62,068 nucleotides of DNA from an uncultured Rhodanobacteraceae bacterium (GTDB taxonomy: Bacteria > Pseudomonadota > Gammaproteobacteria > Xanthomonadales > Rhodanobacteraceae). Positions 8,836-19,426 of the stretch are shown piece after piece (the stretch's first letter is position 1; each line of letters opens with the position of its first letter). A program made the translations under genes and the position numbers. The stretch is taken from positions 1 to 62,068 of the forward strand of contig CAZBZD010000001.1 in assembly GCA_964496295.1 (NCBI GenBank), given 5' to 3'. Under the pieces are notes generated by a model, which saw only the letters and a list, made by a program, of their open reading frames with translations, was not told the DNA's origin and searched no databases.

Positions 8836-10437
8836 ATGCGCACGTTGTCGACCCCGGTCGTGTTGTCCTCGATGGTGCTGGCGGGCTGGCTGACGCAGGC
8901 GGCCGCGCAGGACGTGCGCCCGTGGACGCCGGCCGCGCCCGCTCCCGCCGCCAGCGGGCAGGTCGACCCCGGCAACCAGGCCGATGCCGGCAAGCCGGCC
9001 GCTGACGAGGACGGCTCCGGCGACCTGCCGCCGGGCGTCGTCCGGCAACCGAGCCTCGAGGCGCCGGGCCTGGTCACGGGCATCACGGTGGGCGAGCTGT
9101 ACACCGACAACCTGCGCCTGTCGCGCGGCGACGAGCCCCGGCAGACCGGCTGGATCACGGTGGTCCAGCCGTTCGTGAAGGCGGCCCATGCCGGCCCGCG
9201 TTTTTCCGGCGTGATGGACCTGTCGCTGGCCGGCTACCTGTATGCCGGGCACGGAAGCTACAACCAGGTGGCGGGCAACCTGCGTGCCTCGGGCACGCTC
9301 ACGCTGCTGCCGCAGCACCTGTTTCTCGACGGCAGCGCGACCTACGGGCGCCAGGTCATCGACAACCGGCGGCCGTCCGGCTCCGGCCAGTTTTTCCTGG
9401 CCAACAACCGCGCCAACGTGGCGACCGGGACGCTGAGCCCCTACTGGATCCAGGACCTCGGCCGCGTCGGCACCATGACGCTGCGCTACACGCGCGGAAG
9501 GGTGGTGTACAACCGCGCCGGCATCAGCGAAAAAAGCGGCGATCCGCTGGCGGGCATCTCCAACGTCACCAGCGACGGCGAGTTGTTCCGCATCGTCAGT
9601 CCCGAGTCCGCGACCTGGGGCTGGGAGCTGGCCTACGCCAGCCAGCGCCTGAAGCTGGACGACGGGCGCACGTTCAAGTTCGCGACCGCGAAGCTGGGCC
9701 TGTCGCGGCAACTGGGCATGCACGTCCGCGTGCTGGCCGACGTCGGCAAGGAAAACCGGTACCTGCCCGACGGCTCGGTGGACGAGCTCGGGGCCACCTT
9801 CTGGGATGCGGGCCTGAGCTGGTCGGACGTGCGCAACACCTTCAAGCTGCTGGGCGGGCACCGCTTCTACGGCCGCAGCGCCTCGCTGTCGTGGACCCAC
9901 CAGGCCGCCCGGCTGACCACGCGCGTGGGCTACCAGGAACGCCCGACCGACCTCAACCGGCAACTGCTCGGGCAGGGCGACGGGGCCTGGCTGGCCGTGC
10001 CGCGCGGTTTCTCGCGCATTCCCTCGCTGCAGGAGCGCCGCATCTACCTCATGAAGCGCGCCTCGGCCTCGGCCACCTACCAGATGCCGAGTGGCAGCCT
10101 GCGCCTGGGCCTGTACCACGAAAAGCGCGACTACTTCCTGCACGGCAGCGACGACGAGACGGTGTCCAACGCGCGTCTTTCGTGGTTGTTCGAGCTGGGC
10201 CCGTTCACGTCCCTCACCCCCAGCTTCGGGTGGCGGCGCCACGAGTTCGAGGACGGGCAGGTCAACCAGGGCCATTACGTCCAGCTGGAAATGGCGCACC
10301 AGTTCGACCCCGCCAATTTCATCAGCCTGCGCCTGCGTCACGGCACGCGCGACACGCACGACGCGGCACCCGGTTCCCATGGCTACCGGGTGAACGTGGT
10401 CTTTCTTTCGTGGACCCACCTGTTCACCGGGAGCTGA
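8836..10437 (+). CDS. PEP-CTERM-system outer-membrane beta-barrel protein (TIGR03016-like)
   Basis: Signal peptide, ELYTDN motif, alternating beta-strand pattern and an aromatic C-terminal strand. Canonical gene order. Confidence 0.82.
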   Translation: MRTLSTPVVLSSMVLAGWLTQAAAQDVRPWTPAAPAPAASGQVDPGNQADAGKPAADEDGSGDLPPGVVRQPSLEAPGLVTGITVGELYTDNLRLSRGDEPRQTGWITVVQPFVKAAHAGPRFSGVMDLSLAGYLYAGHGSYNQVAGNLRASGTLTLLPQHLFLDGSATYGRQVIDNRRPSGSGQFFLANNRANVATGTLSPYWIQDLGRVGTMTLRYTRGRVVYNRAGISEKSGDPLAGISNVTSDGELFRIVSPESATWGWELAYASQRLKLDDGRTFKFATAKLGLSRQLGMHVRVLADVGKENRYLPDGSVDELGATFWDAGLSWSDVRNTFKLLGGHRFYGRSASLSWTHQAARLTTRVGYQERPTDLNRQLLGQGDGAWLAVPRGFSRIPSLQERRIYLMKRASASATYQMPSGSLRLGLYHEKRDYFLHGSDDETVSNARLSWLFELGPFTSLTPSFGWRRHEFEDGQVNQGHYVQLEMAHQFDPANFISLRLRHGTRDTHDAAPGSHGYRVNVVFLSWTHLFTGS

Positions 10438-10438
10438 G

Positions 10439-11506
10439 ATGTACGAGGCGTTCTACAACCTCGACGGCAAGCCGTTCCGGCTGACCCCGGACGCGGGCAT
10501 GCTGTTTCCGCGCAAGGGCCACAAGCGCGCCATGTCCTACCTGCTGTACGGCCTGGAGCAGGGCGAGGGCTTCGTGATGATCACCGGCGCGGTCGGCACC
10601 GGCAAGACGCTGCTGATCCAGAAGCTGCTGGAAGAACTGTCCACGCGCAACATCGCCATCGCCAGCATGGCCTCGGCCAACCTCGACGACGCGGACATCC
10701 TGCCGGCCGTGGCGGCGGAATTCGGCCTGCCCTACGAGGGGCGCAGCAAGGAGGGCCTGCTGCAGGACGTGAAGCGGCACCTGACCGCGCTGTCCGACCG
10801 TCACACGCATGCCCTGCTGGTGGTCGACGAGGCCCAGACGCTGACCTCGGCGGCGCTGGAGATGCTGCGCATCCTGTCCAACCTCGAGTGCGACGGGCAC
10901 GCGCTCATGCAGGTGTTCCTGGTCGGCCAGGGCGAGTTGCGCCGGGTCATGGTCGACAACCACCTGGAACAGTTGCGCCAGCGCATCATCGCCTCCTACC
11001 GGCTCGACCCGATGGAGGAGGACGAGTGCCGCGACTACATCCTGCACCGCCTGCGCGCGGTCGGCTGGGACGACGATCCGGCACTGGCGCCGGGCATTTT
11101 TCCCGCGGTGCATCGCGCGGGGCGCGGCATTCCGCGCAAGATCAACCTCGTCATGGACCGGCTGATGCTGTACGGCTACCTGGAGGAGCGGCACGAGCTG
11201 GACGAGGCCGCGCTGGCCACCGTGCTCGGGGAAATGCGCGAGGAAATGGGCGACATGCCGCAGACGCTGGAGCCGGAACAGGCGACGCTCCGGGACGCGC
11301 CGGATGCGGCACGTCCCGGGCCGGAGCCGGCCGCCGGGCCGGCCGCGATGGAACACCGGTACAACCGCGCCCTGCTGCGGCTGCTGCGCGAGGAGGCGCT
11401 GATCAAGCGCATCCTCGACGGCGACCTGCCGTCCGCGGACGAGGGCGACAGGTCGGCGCAGATCGAGGACCTGCGACGCCTGCGGGCGGAGTGGTCGAGC
11501 CGATGA
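10439..11506 (+). CDS. ExeA-like AAA ATPase, XrtA-associated (TIGR03015-like)
   Basis: MYEAFYNLDGKPFRLTPD, Walker A GAVGTGKT, Walker B LVVDEAQ and GIPRKIN. Confidence 0.92.
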   Translation: MYEAFYNLDGKPFRLTPDAGMLFPRKGHKRAMSYLLYGLEQGEGFVMITGAVGTGKTLLIQKLLEELSTRNIAIASMASANLDDADILPAVAAEFGLPYEGRSKEGLLQDVKRHLTALSDRHTHALLVVDEAQTLTSAALEMLRILSNLECDGHALMQVFLVGQGELRRVMVDNHLEQLRQRIIASYRLDPMEEDECRDYILHRLRAVGWDDDPALAPGIFPAVHRAGRGIPRKINLVMDRLMLYGYLEERHELDEAALATVLGEMREEMGDMPQTLEPEQATLRDAPDAARPGPEPAAGPAAMEHRYNRALLRLLREEALIKRILDGDLPSADEGDRSAQIEDLRRLRAEWSSR

Positions 11507-12414
11507 ACACGCCTTCGCCAGCCCCGCGCCCGATCACCAACGCCATGACCGTGGACGTGGAGGACTATTTCCAGGTGGCGGCCTTCGAGGGCTGCATCCG
11601 GCGCGACGACTGGCCGCGCTGGCCGGTGCGGGTCGAGGCCAACACGCGGCGCATACTCGCACTGTTCGAGCGTCGCGACATCCATGCCACCTTCTTCGTG
11701 CTCGGCTGGGTCGCCGAGCGCTTTCCGGCGCTGGTGCGCGACATCGCCGCCGCCGGCCACGAAATCGCCAGCCACGGCTTCGGGCACGAGCGCCTGACCC
11801 GGATGAGCCGCGCCGGGTTCCGCGACGGCATCGTCCGCACCCGGGCGCTGCTCGAGGACATCAGCGGCACGCCGGTGTACGGCTACCGCGCGCCGAGCTG
11901 GTCGATCGGCCCGACCACGCTGTGGGCCCACGAGGAGCTGCACGCGGCAGGCTACCGCTACAGTTCCAGCATCGTGCCGATCCGCCACGACCTGTACGGC
12001 ATGCCGGCGGCGCCGCGCTTCGCCTTCTGCTGCGAGCACACCGGCCTGCTCGAAGTACCGGCGACCACGGTCCGCCTCGGGCAGCGCAACTGGCCCTGCG
12101 GTGGCGGCGGCTACTTCCGCCTGCTGCCGTACGCGGTGTTCAGGCGCGGCCTCGACCGCGTCAACCACCGCGAGCACCGCCCGTGCGTGTTCTATTTCCA
12201 CCCGTGGGAAATCGACCCGGAGCAGCCGCGCGTGCACGGCGCGACGCTGAAGAACCGGGTCCGGCATTACCTCAACCTCAAGCGCACCGCGCCGCGGGTC
12301 GAGCGCCTGATCCGCGATTTCCGTTTCGACCGCATGGACCGCGTGTTTCTTGCCGCCGGGCGCAACGCCTATCCGGTGGTGGCACTCGGGGCCGCCGGGC
12401 ACGACGTGAACTGA
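11503..12414 (+). CDS. XrtA-system polysaccharide deacetylase (TIGR03006-like)
   Basis: NAMTVDVEDYFQV, ATFFVLGW, HEIASHG, GGGYFRLLPY and FYFHPWEIDP. ATG at 11503 overlaps the previous stop. Confidence 0.92.
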   Translation: MNTPSPAPRPITNAMTVDVEDYFQVAAFEGCIRRDDWPRWPVRVEANTRRILALFERRDIHATFFVLGWVAERFPALVRDIAAAGHEIASHGFGHERLTRMSRAGFRDGIVRTRALLEDISGTPVYGYRAPSWSIGPTTLWAHEELHAAGYRYSSSIVPIRHDLYGMPAAPRFAFCCEHTGLLEVPATTVRLGQRNWPCGGGGYFRLLPYAVFRRGLDRVNHREHRPCVFYFHPWEIDPEQPRVHGATLKNRVRHYLNLKRTAPRVERLIRDFRFDRMDRVFLAAGRNAYPVVALGAAGHDVN

Positions 12415-12425
12415 AGGGGGGCGAC

Positions 12426-13487
12426 ATGTACGGTCACGCACACGACGGTCGTTCCGTCACTGCCTGTGTCGCCCGGCCCCTGGCCCGCGGCGACGAGGGG
12501 CGCTGGGCGGCCTTTGCCGAGGCCACGCCCGAAGCCACGTTCTTCCACGGCATCGCCTGGCGCGACATCGTCGAGCAGGAGCTGGGCCACCGCAGCCACT
12601 ACCTTTGTGCCGAACGCGACGGGGTCGTCACCGGCATCCTGCCGCTGGTCGAGATCCGCAGCTGGCTGTTCGGCCACGCGCTGATTTCCACCGCGTTCTG
12701 CGTGTACGGCGGCGTGGTGGCGGCCGAGGCCGACAGCGCGGCATGCCTGACGCGCGCCGCGGCGGACCTGGCCGAATCGCTGCGCGTGGACTACCTCGAA
12801 ATGCGCAACCGCGAGGCCGGCTGCGCGGGCTGGCCGGTCAAGGACCTGTACGTCGGCTTCCGCAAGCCGCTGGACGCGGACCACGACGCCAACCTCAAGG
12901 CCATCCCGCGCAAGCAGCGCGCCATGGTCCGCAAGGGCATCCGCAACGGCCTCCGCGCGCGCCACGACGGCAGCGTCGAGGACTTCTACCGGGTGTACGC
13001 CGAAAGCGTGCGCAACCTCGGCACGCCGGTATTGCCGCGCAGCTACTACGCCAGGCTCGACCGGGACTTCGGCGACGACTGCGAGATCACCGTGGTCACC
13101 CACGAGGGCGAACCGGTGGCCGCGGTGATGAGCTTCTATTTCCGCGACGAGGTGCATCCGTACTACGGCGGCAGCGTGTGGCGCGGGCGCGACCTGGCCG
13201 CCAACGACTTCATGTACTGGTCGGTGATGCGGCGCGCGGTGGAGCGCGGCGCGCGGGTGTTCGACTTCGGCCGCAGCAAGCGGGACACCGGCGCGTTCCA
13301 TTTCAAGAAGCACTGGGGCTTCGATCCCGTGCCGCTGCCGTACGCCTATCACCTGGTGCGCGCCGGAAAGATGCCCGACATCAGCCCGGCCAACCGCAAG
13401 TACCGCCTGTTCATCAAGGCCTGGCAACACCTGCCGCTGGCGGCGAGTTGCGCGCTGGGGCCGTGGCTTGCGCGGGACCTGGGGTGA
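12426..13487 (+). CDS. FemAB-related GNAT protein, XrtA-associated (TIGR03019-like)
   Basis: IPRKQRAMVRKG, YAESVRNLGTP, FDFGRSK and FKKHWGF. RBS GAAGGGGG precedes the ATG at 12426. Confidence 0.9.
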   Translation: MYGHAHDGRSVTACVARPLARGDEGRWAAFAEATPEATFFHGIAWRDIVEQELGHRSHYLCAERDGVVTGILPLVEIRSWLFGHALISTAFCVYGGVVAAEADSAACLTRAAADLAESLRVDYLEMRNREAGCAGWPVKDLYVGFRKPLDADHDANLKAIPRKQRAMVRKGIRNGLRARHDGSVEDFYRVYAESVRNLGTPVLPRSYYARLDRDFGDDCEITVVTHEGEPVAAVMSFYFRDEVHPYYGGSVWRGRDLAANDFMYWSVMRRAVERGARVFDFGRSKRDTGAFHFKKHWGFDPVPLPYAYHLVRAGKMPDISPANRKYRLFIKAWQHLPLAASCALGPWLARDLG

Positions 13488-13490
13488 CGC

Positions 13491-14741
13491 ATGGCCTCGA
13501 TACTGTTCCTCTGCCACCGGCTTCCGTGGCCACCCGACAAGGGCGACAAGATCCGCTCGTACCACGTGCTGCGCCGCCTGGCCGAACATCACCGCGTGTA
13601 CCTGGGCGCGTTCGTGGACGACCCGGCCGACCGGGCGTGGCTGCCGCAGGTCCAGGCCGTGTGTGCCGGGACCTGCATCCGGCCCCTGAAACGTGGCCAG
13701 GCACGCCGTCGCGCGCTCGGCGCGCTGGCCAGGGGCGAGGCGCTCACGCTCGGCTGCTATCGCGACCCGGTGATGCAGCGCTGGGTCGACGGCCTGGTCG
13801 CGGAAGGCAAGGTGGACCTGGCGCTGGGTTATTCCTCCGGCGTGGCGCCGCTGCTGATGCGGCACGAGCGCCTGCCGCGCGTCATGGACTTCGTCGACGT
13901 CGATTCCGACAAGTGGCGGCAGTACGCGCGGGTGCGGCGCGGCCCGGCGCGCCTGATCTACCGGCGCGAGGCCCGCCGGCTGGCGCGCTTCGAGCACGAA
14001 GTGGCCACGCGTTTCGATGCCAGCTTGTTCGTGTCGCGGGCCGAGGCGGCGCTGTTCTGCCGCGACGAGCCGGAGCTCGTGGGCAAGGTGCACGGCATCG
14101 GCAACGGGGTCGACGCTGCCTACTGGGATCCGTACCGCGACTACCCCGATCCCTATGCGCCGGGCCAGCGGGTGGTGGTGTTCGCGGGCGCCATGGATTA
14201 CCGCGCCAACGTGCATGCCGCGCAGTGGTTTGCCGAACGGGTCTGGCCGCGGATTGCCGCGCGCCGGCCCGGGGCGCGCTTCTGCATCGTCGGCGCCCGG
14301 CCCGCGCGCGAGGTCCGCGCGCTGGACGGGAAGGCGGGCGTGACGGTGACCGGGCGGGTGGACGACGTGCGCCCGTACCTGGCCCACGCGCACGCCGTGG
14401 CGACCCCGCTGCGCATCGCCCGCGGCATCCAGAACAAGGTGCTCGAGGCGCTGGTGATGGAAAAGCCGGTGCTGGCCACGCCCCAGGCCTGGGAGGGCAT
14501 CGAGGGGGACGCCGGCAGCGCCGCCTGCATCAGCGATTCGCCCGCGGACATGGCCGCCGAGGCGCTGCGCTGGCTGGAGCCGGCGCGGCCGGTGCGCATT
14601 CCGGTGGCGCGCGCCATGGTGTTGTCGCGCTATGACTGGACGCGCAACCTGGATGCCTACGAAAGCGTGCTGCGCAACGTGCGCCCCGATCCGGTCACGG
14701 TGCCCGTGATGGATGCGGCGGCGGGGGAGGCGTACTCGTGA
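13491..14741 (+). CDS. GT4 glycosyltransferase, XrtA-associated (TIGR03087-like)
   Basis: HRLPWPPDKGDKIRSY, DFVDVDSDKW and ARGIQNKVLEA. Confidence 0.9.
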   Translation: MASILFLCHRLPWPPDKGDKIRSYHVLRRLAEHHRVYLGAFVDDPADRAWLPQVQAVCAGTCIRPLKRGQARRRALGALARGEALTLGCYRDPVMQRWVDGLVAEGKVDLALGYSSGVAPLLMRHERLPRVMDFVDVDSDKWRQYARVRRGPARLIYRREARRLARFEHEVATRFDASLFVSRAEAALFCRDEPELVGKVHGIGNGVDAAYWDPYRDYPDPYAPGQRVVVFAGAMDYRANVHAAQWFAERVWPRIAARRPGARFCIVGARPAREVRALDGKAGVTVTGRVDDVRPYLAHAHAVATPLRIARGIQNKVLEALVMEKPVLATPQAWEGIEGDAGSAACISDSPADMAAEALRWLEPARPVRIPVARAMVLSRYDWTRNLDAYESVLRNVRPDPVTVPVMDAAAGEAYS

Positions 14742-16306
14742 GCGTGTCGTTCGACACCGGCGCGGGCGTGGCCACGCGCATGACCGGCTGGCGCCTGGCG
14801 ACGGTCGCGCTGGCCGTGGCGGCGGTCGTGCTGGTCGCCGGCTACTGGCAGACCGTGCAGTCGCTGGTCTGGGTCTGGGCCCACGACGGCACCTACCAGT
14901 ACGCCTTCCTGATCTTTCCCCTGTGCGCGTGGATGGTCTTCGCCCTGCGCCACCGCCTGCGCGCGCATCCGCCGGTGCCCAGCCTGTGGGGGCTGGCCGC
15001 GGTGCTGGTGCTGGTGTGCATCTGGTACGTCGGCCACGCGATGGCGGTCAACCTGCTGCAGCATTTCGCGTTCGTGGCCCTGTTCCCCGCGCTGGTGCTG
15101 GCGTGCTGGGGCTGGCGCGCGCTGTGGACGCTGAAGTTTCCGCTCGGCTACCTGGTGGTGTTCGCGGTGCCCTGGGGCGACGGCATGGTCGGCCCGCTGC
15201 AGGACGTCACGGCGCACATCGCGGTGCGCGCGCTGGACCTGACCGGCACGCCGGTGCTGCTCAACGGGCGGGAAATCCTCACCCCCACGGCGACGTGGAT
15301 GGTGGCCGAGGCGTGCAGCGGCGTGAAGTTCTTCTTTGCCTGCACCGCCCTCGGCTGCCTGTATGCCTGGCTGATGTACCGGCGCGGCTGGAAGCGCGTG
15401 ACCTTCGTGCTGCTGGCGGCGGTGGTGCCCATCATCGCCAACGGCCTGCGGGTGTATTTCACCATCCTGATCGGCGAGACATGGGGGATGGAATACGCCA
15501 CCGGCACCGACCACCTGATCTTCGGCTGGCAGTTCTTCGGCGCGGTGCTGCTGCTGCTGCTGGTGGCGGGCTGGTATTTCCGCGACCCGGTCGAAAACGA
15601 CGCGCCGGCGCCGGCCCGACCGGGCCGGCCCCTGCGGATGCGCCGCGGGGTGTGGCCGGCGGCGCTGGTGCTGCTGGTCGCCGGCCCGGTCATGGCCGCC
15701 GTGCCCGCGCGCGTCGCGGCACCGCAACGGCTCGACGTCGCCGCGCCCGTGCTGGCCGGCTGGCACGGCCCGCAGGCCGCGCGGGGCGGCTGGCACCCGG
15801 TCTTCGCCGGCGCCGCGGGACAGGTGCAGGCCACCTACCGCCCCGTGGCCGGCGGCGAGGCGGTGGCGCTGTTCCATGCCGTGTATGCCGGCCGGCCGCG
15901 TCGCGGGCACAGCCTGATCACCTTCGGCAACACGCTCTACCGCACCGCCGATGCGCGGCTGCTGTCCACCGCCGAGCCGCAGGTCGTGCTTGCCGACGGC
16001 TCGGAGATCGCGGCCGGGGAGCTGCGGTTGTCCGAAGCGGCCGGCGAACGCCTGGTGTGGTACTGGTATTGCGTGGACGGCCGCTGCACCGCGTCGCCGG
16101 TGTGGACCAAGCTGCTGCTGACATGGGCGGTGCTGCGCGGGGGCGAGCCGCGGTCCTCGGTGTGGGCCCTGTCGGTCCGCGTCGCGCGTCACCAGGCCGG
16201 TCCCGCGCGCGCGGCCCTGCACGCCTTTGCGCGGGCGCTGCCCGGAACGCGGGCGTCGATCGCGCGCCGCGGCCGTGCGGTGGTCGCGACGGGAGCGCGA
16301 CCGTGA
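14738..16306 (+). CDS. xrtA: Exosortase A with fused C-terminal EpsI domain
   Basis: Multi-TM protein with the catalytic triad motifs VAEACSG (Cys), NGLRV (Arg) and TDHLIFGW (His). The C-terminal periplasmic domain has LVWYWY. Confidence 0.93.
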   Translation: MSVSFDTGAGVATRMTGWRLATVALAVAAVVLVAGYWQTVQSLVWVWAHDGTYQYAFLIFPLCAWMVFALRHRLRAHPPVPSLWGLAAVLVLVCIWYVGHAMAVNLLQHFAFVALFPALVLACWGWRALWTLKFPLGYLVVFAVPWGDGMVGPLQDVTAHIAVRALDLTGTPVLLNGREILTPTATWMVAEACSGVKFFFACTALGCLYAWLMYRRGWKRVTFVLLAAVVPIIANGLRVYFTILIGETWGMEYATGTDHLIFGWQFFGAVLLLLLVAGWYFRDPVENDAPAPARPGRPLRMRRGVWPAALVLLVAGPVMAAVPARVAAPQRLDVAAPVLAGWHGPQAARGGWHPVFAGAAGQVQATYRPVAGGEAVALFHAVYAGRPRRGHSLITFGNTLYRTADARLLSTAEPQVVLADGSEIAAGELRLSEAAGERLVWYWYCVDGRCTASPVWTKLLLTWAVLRGGEPRSSVWALSVRVARHQAGPARAALHAFARALPGTRASIARRGRAVVATGARP

Positions 16307-17487
16307 ACCGCCGGCCCGTGATCGCCCACGTGCTCTACCGCCTGGATACCGGCGGCATGGAGCACATGCTGGTGGCGCTGATGAACCGCACCCGGCGGCA
16401 GTACCGGCATGCGGTGGTCTGCCTCGACCGCGTCGGCGCGTTGCGCGAAAGAATCGTCGATCCCGGGGTGTCGTGCGTGGCACTGGACAAGAAGCCCGGC
16501 AAGGACCCGGCCTGTTACGGGCGGCTCTGGAAAGCGTTGCGGACATTGCGTCCGGATCTGGTGCACACCTACAACATCGGCGCCCTGGACGCGGCCGTCG
16601 TGGCGCGGATGGCGGGGGTGCGCCGCGTCGTCCACGCGGAACGCGGCCGCGACGCGGGCGATCCGCACGGGGAAAGCCGGAAATACCGCCGCCTGCGGCG
16701 CTGGACGGCGCCGTTCGTCGACCGCCACGTGGCCGTTTCCCGCGACCTGCGCGACTGGCTGACGGACACGGTGGGCCTCGACGCGTCGCGGGTCGCGTAC
16801 ATTCCCAACGGCATCGACGCGGACCGCTTCGCGGTGGCGGAGGAGGCGCGGCACACACGACCGCTGCTGGGTTCCTTCGCTCCTCCCGGGACGATCCTCG
16901 TGGGCACCGTGGGACGGCTGGATCCGGTGAAGGACCATGCGGGTCTGGTGTCCGCGTTCCGGCTTCTGTGCGAATCGCTGCCCGCCGTGCGCGGGCGCCT
17001 GCGCCTGGCGATCGCCGGCGCGGGGCCGCAGCGCGCGGTGCTCGAGGCGCACGTCGCGCGGCTGGGGCTGGCGGAGCAGGTCCGCCTGCTCGGCAACCGC
17101 GACGACGTGCCGGCGCTGCTGGCCGAGTTCGACGTGTTCGCGCTTTCCTCGATCGCCGAGGGCATGCCCGGCGCCGTGCTGGAGGCGATGGCCGCCGGCT
17201 TGCCGGTGGTGTCGACCGCGGTCGGCGGCGCGGGCGACGTCGTGGCGCCCGGCGTCACCGGAACCCTGGTGCCGGCCGGCGACCCGGCCGCGCTGGGCGA
17301 GGCCCTGGCGGCCTACGTGTCGGACCCCGCATTGCGGGCCCGCCACGGCGCCGCGGGCCGCGAACGCGTGCAGTCCCGCTTCAGCGAGGACGCGATGGTG
17401 GCGGCCTACGTCGCGCTGTACGGGGACCTCCTGCATGCCGCGCAGGCGCGCGCGGCCACCGCGCCTGCCGCGCGCGGGGGGCACTGA
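16303..17487 (+). CDS. GT4 glycosyltransferase, XrtA-associated (TIGR03088-like)
   Basis: GTG start at 16303. HVLYRLDTGGME, GTVGRLDPVKDH and SIAEGMPGAVLEAMAAGLPVV. Confidence 0.9.
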   Translation: MNRRPVIAHVLYRLDTGGMEHMLVALMNRTRRQYRHAVVCLDRVGALRERIVDPGVSCVALDKKPGKDPACYGRLWKALRTLRPDLVHTYNIGALDAAVVARMAGVRRVVHAERGRDAGDPHGESRKYRRLRRWTAPFVDRHVAVSRDLRDWLTDTVGLDASRVAYIPNGIDADRFAVAEEARHTRPLLGSFAPPGTILVGTVGRLDPVKDHAGLVSAFRLLCESLPAVRGRLRLAIAGAGPQRAVLEAHVARLGLAEQVRLLGNRDDVPALLAEFDVFALSSIAEGMPGAVLEAMAAGLPVVSTAVGGAGDVVAPGVTGTLVPAGDPAALGEALAAYVSDPALRARHGAAGRERVQSRFSEDAMVAAYVALYGDLLHAAQARAATAPAARGGH

Positions 17488-17488
17488 C

Positions 17489-19426
17489 ATGTGCGGCCTG
17501 GCCGGCATCGTGGCGTCGCGCTCCGCGTCGGTGGAGCGGCGTGTCCTGCTGGCGATGCGCGACGTGCAGAGTCATCGCGGGCCGGACCAGGCCGGGGCGC
17601 ATTTCGGCCCGGGCGTGGGCCTGGGGCATCGCCGCCTGTCGATCATCGACCCGGACCACGGGCAGCAGCCGATGGTGGACGAGGCGGCCGGGCTGGCGCT
17701 GGTCTACAACGGCGAGCTGTACAACTTCCGCGAGCTGAAGGCCGAGCTGGAAGCCGCGGGCCGCACGTTCGCGAGCCATTGCGACACCGAGGTGCTGCTG
17801 CGCGCCTGGCAGCACTGGGGCGAGGACTGCCTCGGGCGGCTGGTGGGCATGTTCGCCTTCGCGGTGTGGGACATGCGCGCCCGGCGCCTGTTCCTGTGCC
17901 GCGACCCGATCGGCATCAAGCCGCTCCACTACGGTTTCACGCGCGGCGGGGACCTGGTGTTCGCCTCCGAGCTGAAGGGCCTGCTGGCGCATCCCGGCGT
18001 CGCGCGCCGGCTCGACCCGCAGGCGCTGGAGAACTACCTGGCCCTCGGCTACGTGCCTGATCCCGGGACCATCTATCGCGGGCTGCACAAGCTGCCGCCC
18101 GGCCACTGGCTGACCTGGCGTGCCGGCGAACCCGAGCCGGCCCCGCGCCGCTACTGGGACCTGCCGTTCGACCTCGTCGCCGGCATGCCCGAGGACGCCG
18201 CCGTCGCCGAGCTCCGGGCCATGCTGGACCGGTCCGTGCAAGGCCAGATGGTGGCCGACGTGCCGCTCGGCGCGTTTCTTTCCGGCGGCGTGGATTCCAG
18301 CGCGGTGGTGGCCAGCATGAGCCGCCAGTCGAGCCGGCCGGTGCGCACCTGCTCGATCGGTTTCGAACACGGCCGCTTCGACGAGACCGTGTACGCGCGC
18401 CAGGTGGCCGGACACCTGCACACCCGTCATTTCGAGCGCCGCGTCGATGCCGGCGACCACGCGCTGATCGACACCCTGGCGACGGTGTACGACGAGCCGT
18501 TTTCCGACAGCTCCGCGCTGCCGACCTACCGCGTGTGCGAGCTGGCGCGGACCCAGGTGACCGTGGCCCTGTCCGGCGACGGCGGCGACGAGAACTTCGC
18601 GGGCTACCGGCGCTACCGCCTGCACGCCTGGGAAAGCAGCCTGCGCGCGCGCCTGACGCCGTCGTTGCGGACCCCGGTGTTCGGCCTGCTCGGTCGCGTC
18701 TATCCCAAGGCCGACTGGGCGCCGCGTCCGCTGCGCGCCAAGACCACCCTGGAGGCGCTGGCGCGCGACGACGTGGCGGCCTACTTCCACGGCGTCAGCA
18801 CCACGTCGCTGGCGTTGCGGCAGCAGTTGTACAGCCCCGCCTTCAAGCGCGAGCTGCAGGGCTACACCGCGCTCGCCGTGTTCCGCGGGCACGCCGAGCG
18901 CGCGCCCACCGACGACCCGCTGTCGCTGGCCCAGTACCTGGACTTCAAGACCTGGCTTCCCGGCGACATCCTGACCAAGGTCGACCGCGCCAGCATGGCG
19001 CACGGCCTGGAAGTCCGCGTGCCTCTGCTCGACCACCGCCTGGTCGCGTGGGCCTCCGCCCTGCCGCCGCGGCTGAAGCTCGACGGCGTGACGGGCAAGT
19101 ACGTCTTCAAGAAGATGCTGGAACCGGACCTGCCGCACGAGGTGCTGTACCGGCCCAAGATGGGCTTCAGCGTGCCCTTGTCGGCGTGGCTGCGCGGCCC
19201 GCTCGCCGCGCGCACGCGCAAGGCCCTGCTCGACGGCGCCGTCGCCGGATGCGGGGTGTTCGAGCCGGCGATGCTCGAACGCATGCTGCGCCAGCACGCC
19301 TCCGGCCGCCGCGACCATGCCGCGACGCTGTGGAGCCTGCTGATGCTGGACGCCTTCCTGCGCGGCGCGCGGCAACCCGTGGCCGGGTCCGCGGACACGG
19401 CCGCGGCCGCGGAGGTGGCGTCATGA
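17489..19426 (+). CDS. Glutamine-dependent amidotransferase, asparagine synthase family (TIGR03108-like)
   Basis: N-terminal nucleophile MCGLAG, HRGPD, LGHRRLSIID, FLSGGVDSS, LSGDGGDE and KVDRASMAHGLEVRVP. Confidence 0.93.
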   Translation: MCGLAGIVASRSASVERRVLLAMRDVQSHRGPDQAGAHFGPGVGLGHRRLSIIDPDHGQQPMVDEAAGLALVYNGELYNFRELKAELEAAGRTFASHCDTEVLLRAWQHWGEDCLGRLVGMFAFAVWDMRARRLFLCRDPIGIKPLHYGFTRGGDLVFASELKGLLAHPGVARRLDPQALENYLALGYVPDPGTIYRGLHKLPPGHWLTWRAGEPEPAPRRYWDLPFDLVAGMPEDAAVAELRAMLDRSVQGQMVADVPLGAFLSGGVDSSAVVASMSRQSSRPVRTCSIGFEHGRFDETVYARQVAGHLHTRHFERRVDAGDHALIDTLATVYDEPFSDSSALPTYRVCELARTQVTVALSGDGGDENFAGYRRYRLHAWESSLRARLTPSLRTPVFGLLGRVYPKADWAPRPLRAKTTLEALARDDVAAYFHGVSTTSLALRQQLYSPAFKRELQGYTALAVFRGHAERAPTDDPLSLAQYLDFKTWLPGDILTKVDRASMAHGLEVRVPLLDHRLVAWASALPPRLKLDGVTGKYVFKKMLEPDLPHEVLYRPKMGFSVPLSAWLRGPLAARTRKALLDGAVAGCGVFEPAMLERMLRQHASGRRDHAATLWSLLMLDAFLRGARQPVAGSADTAAAAEVAS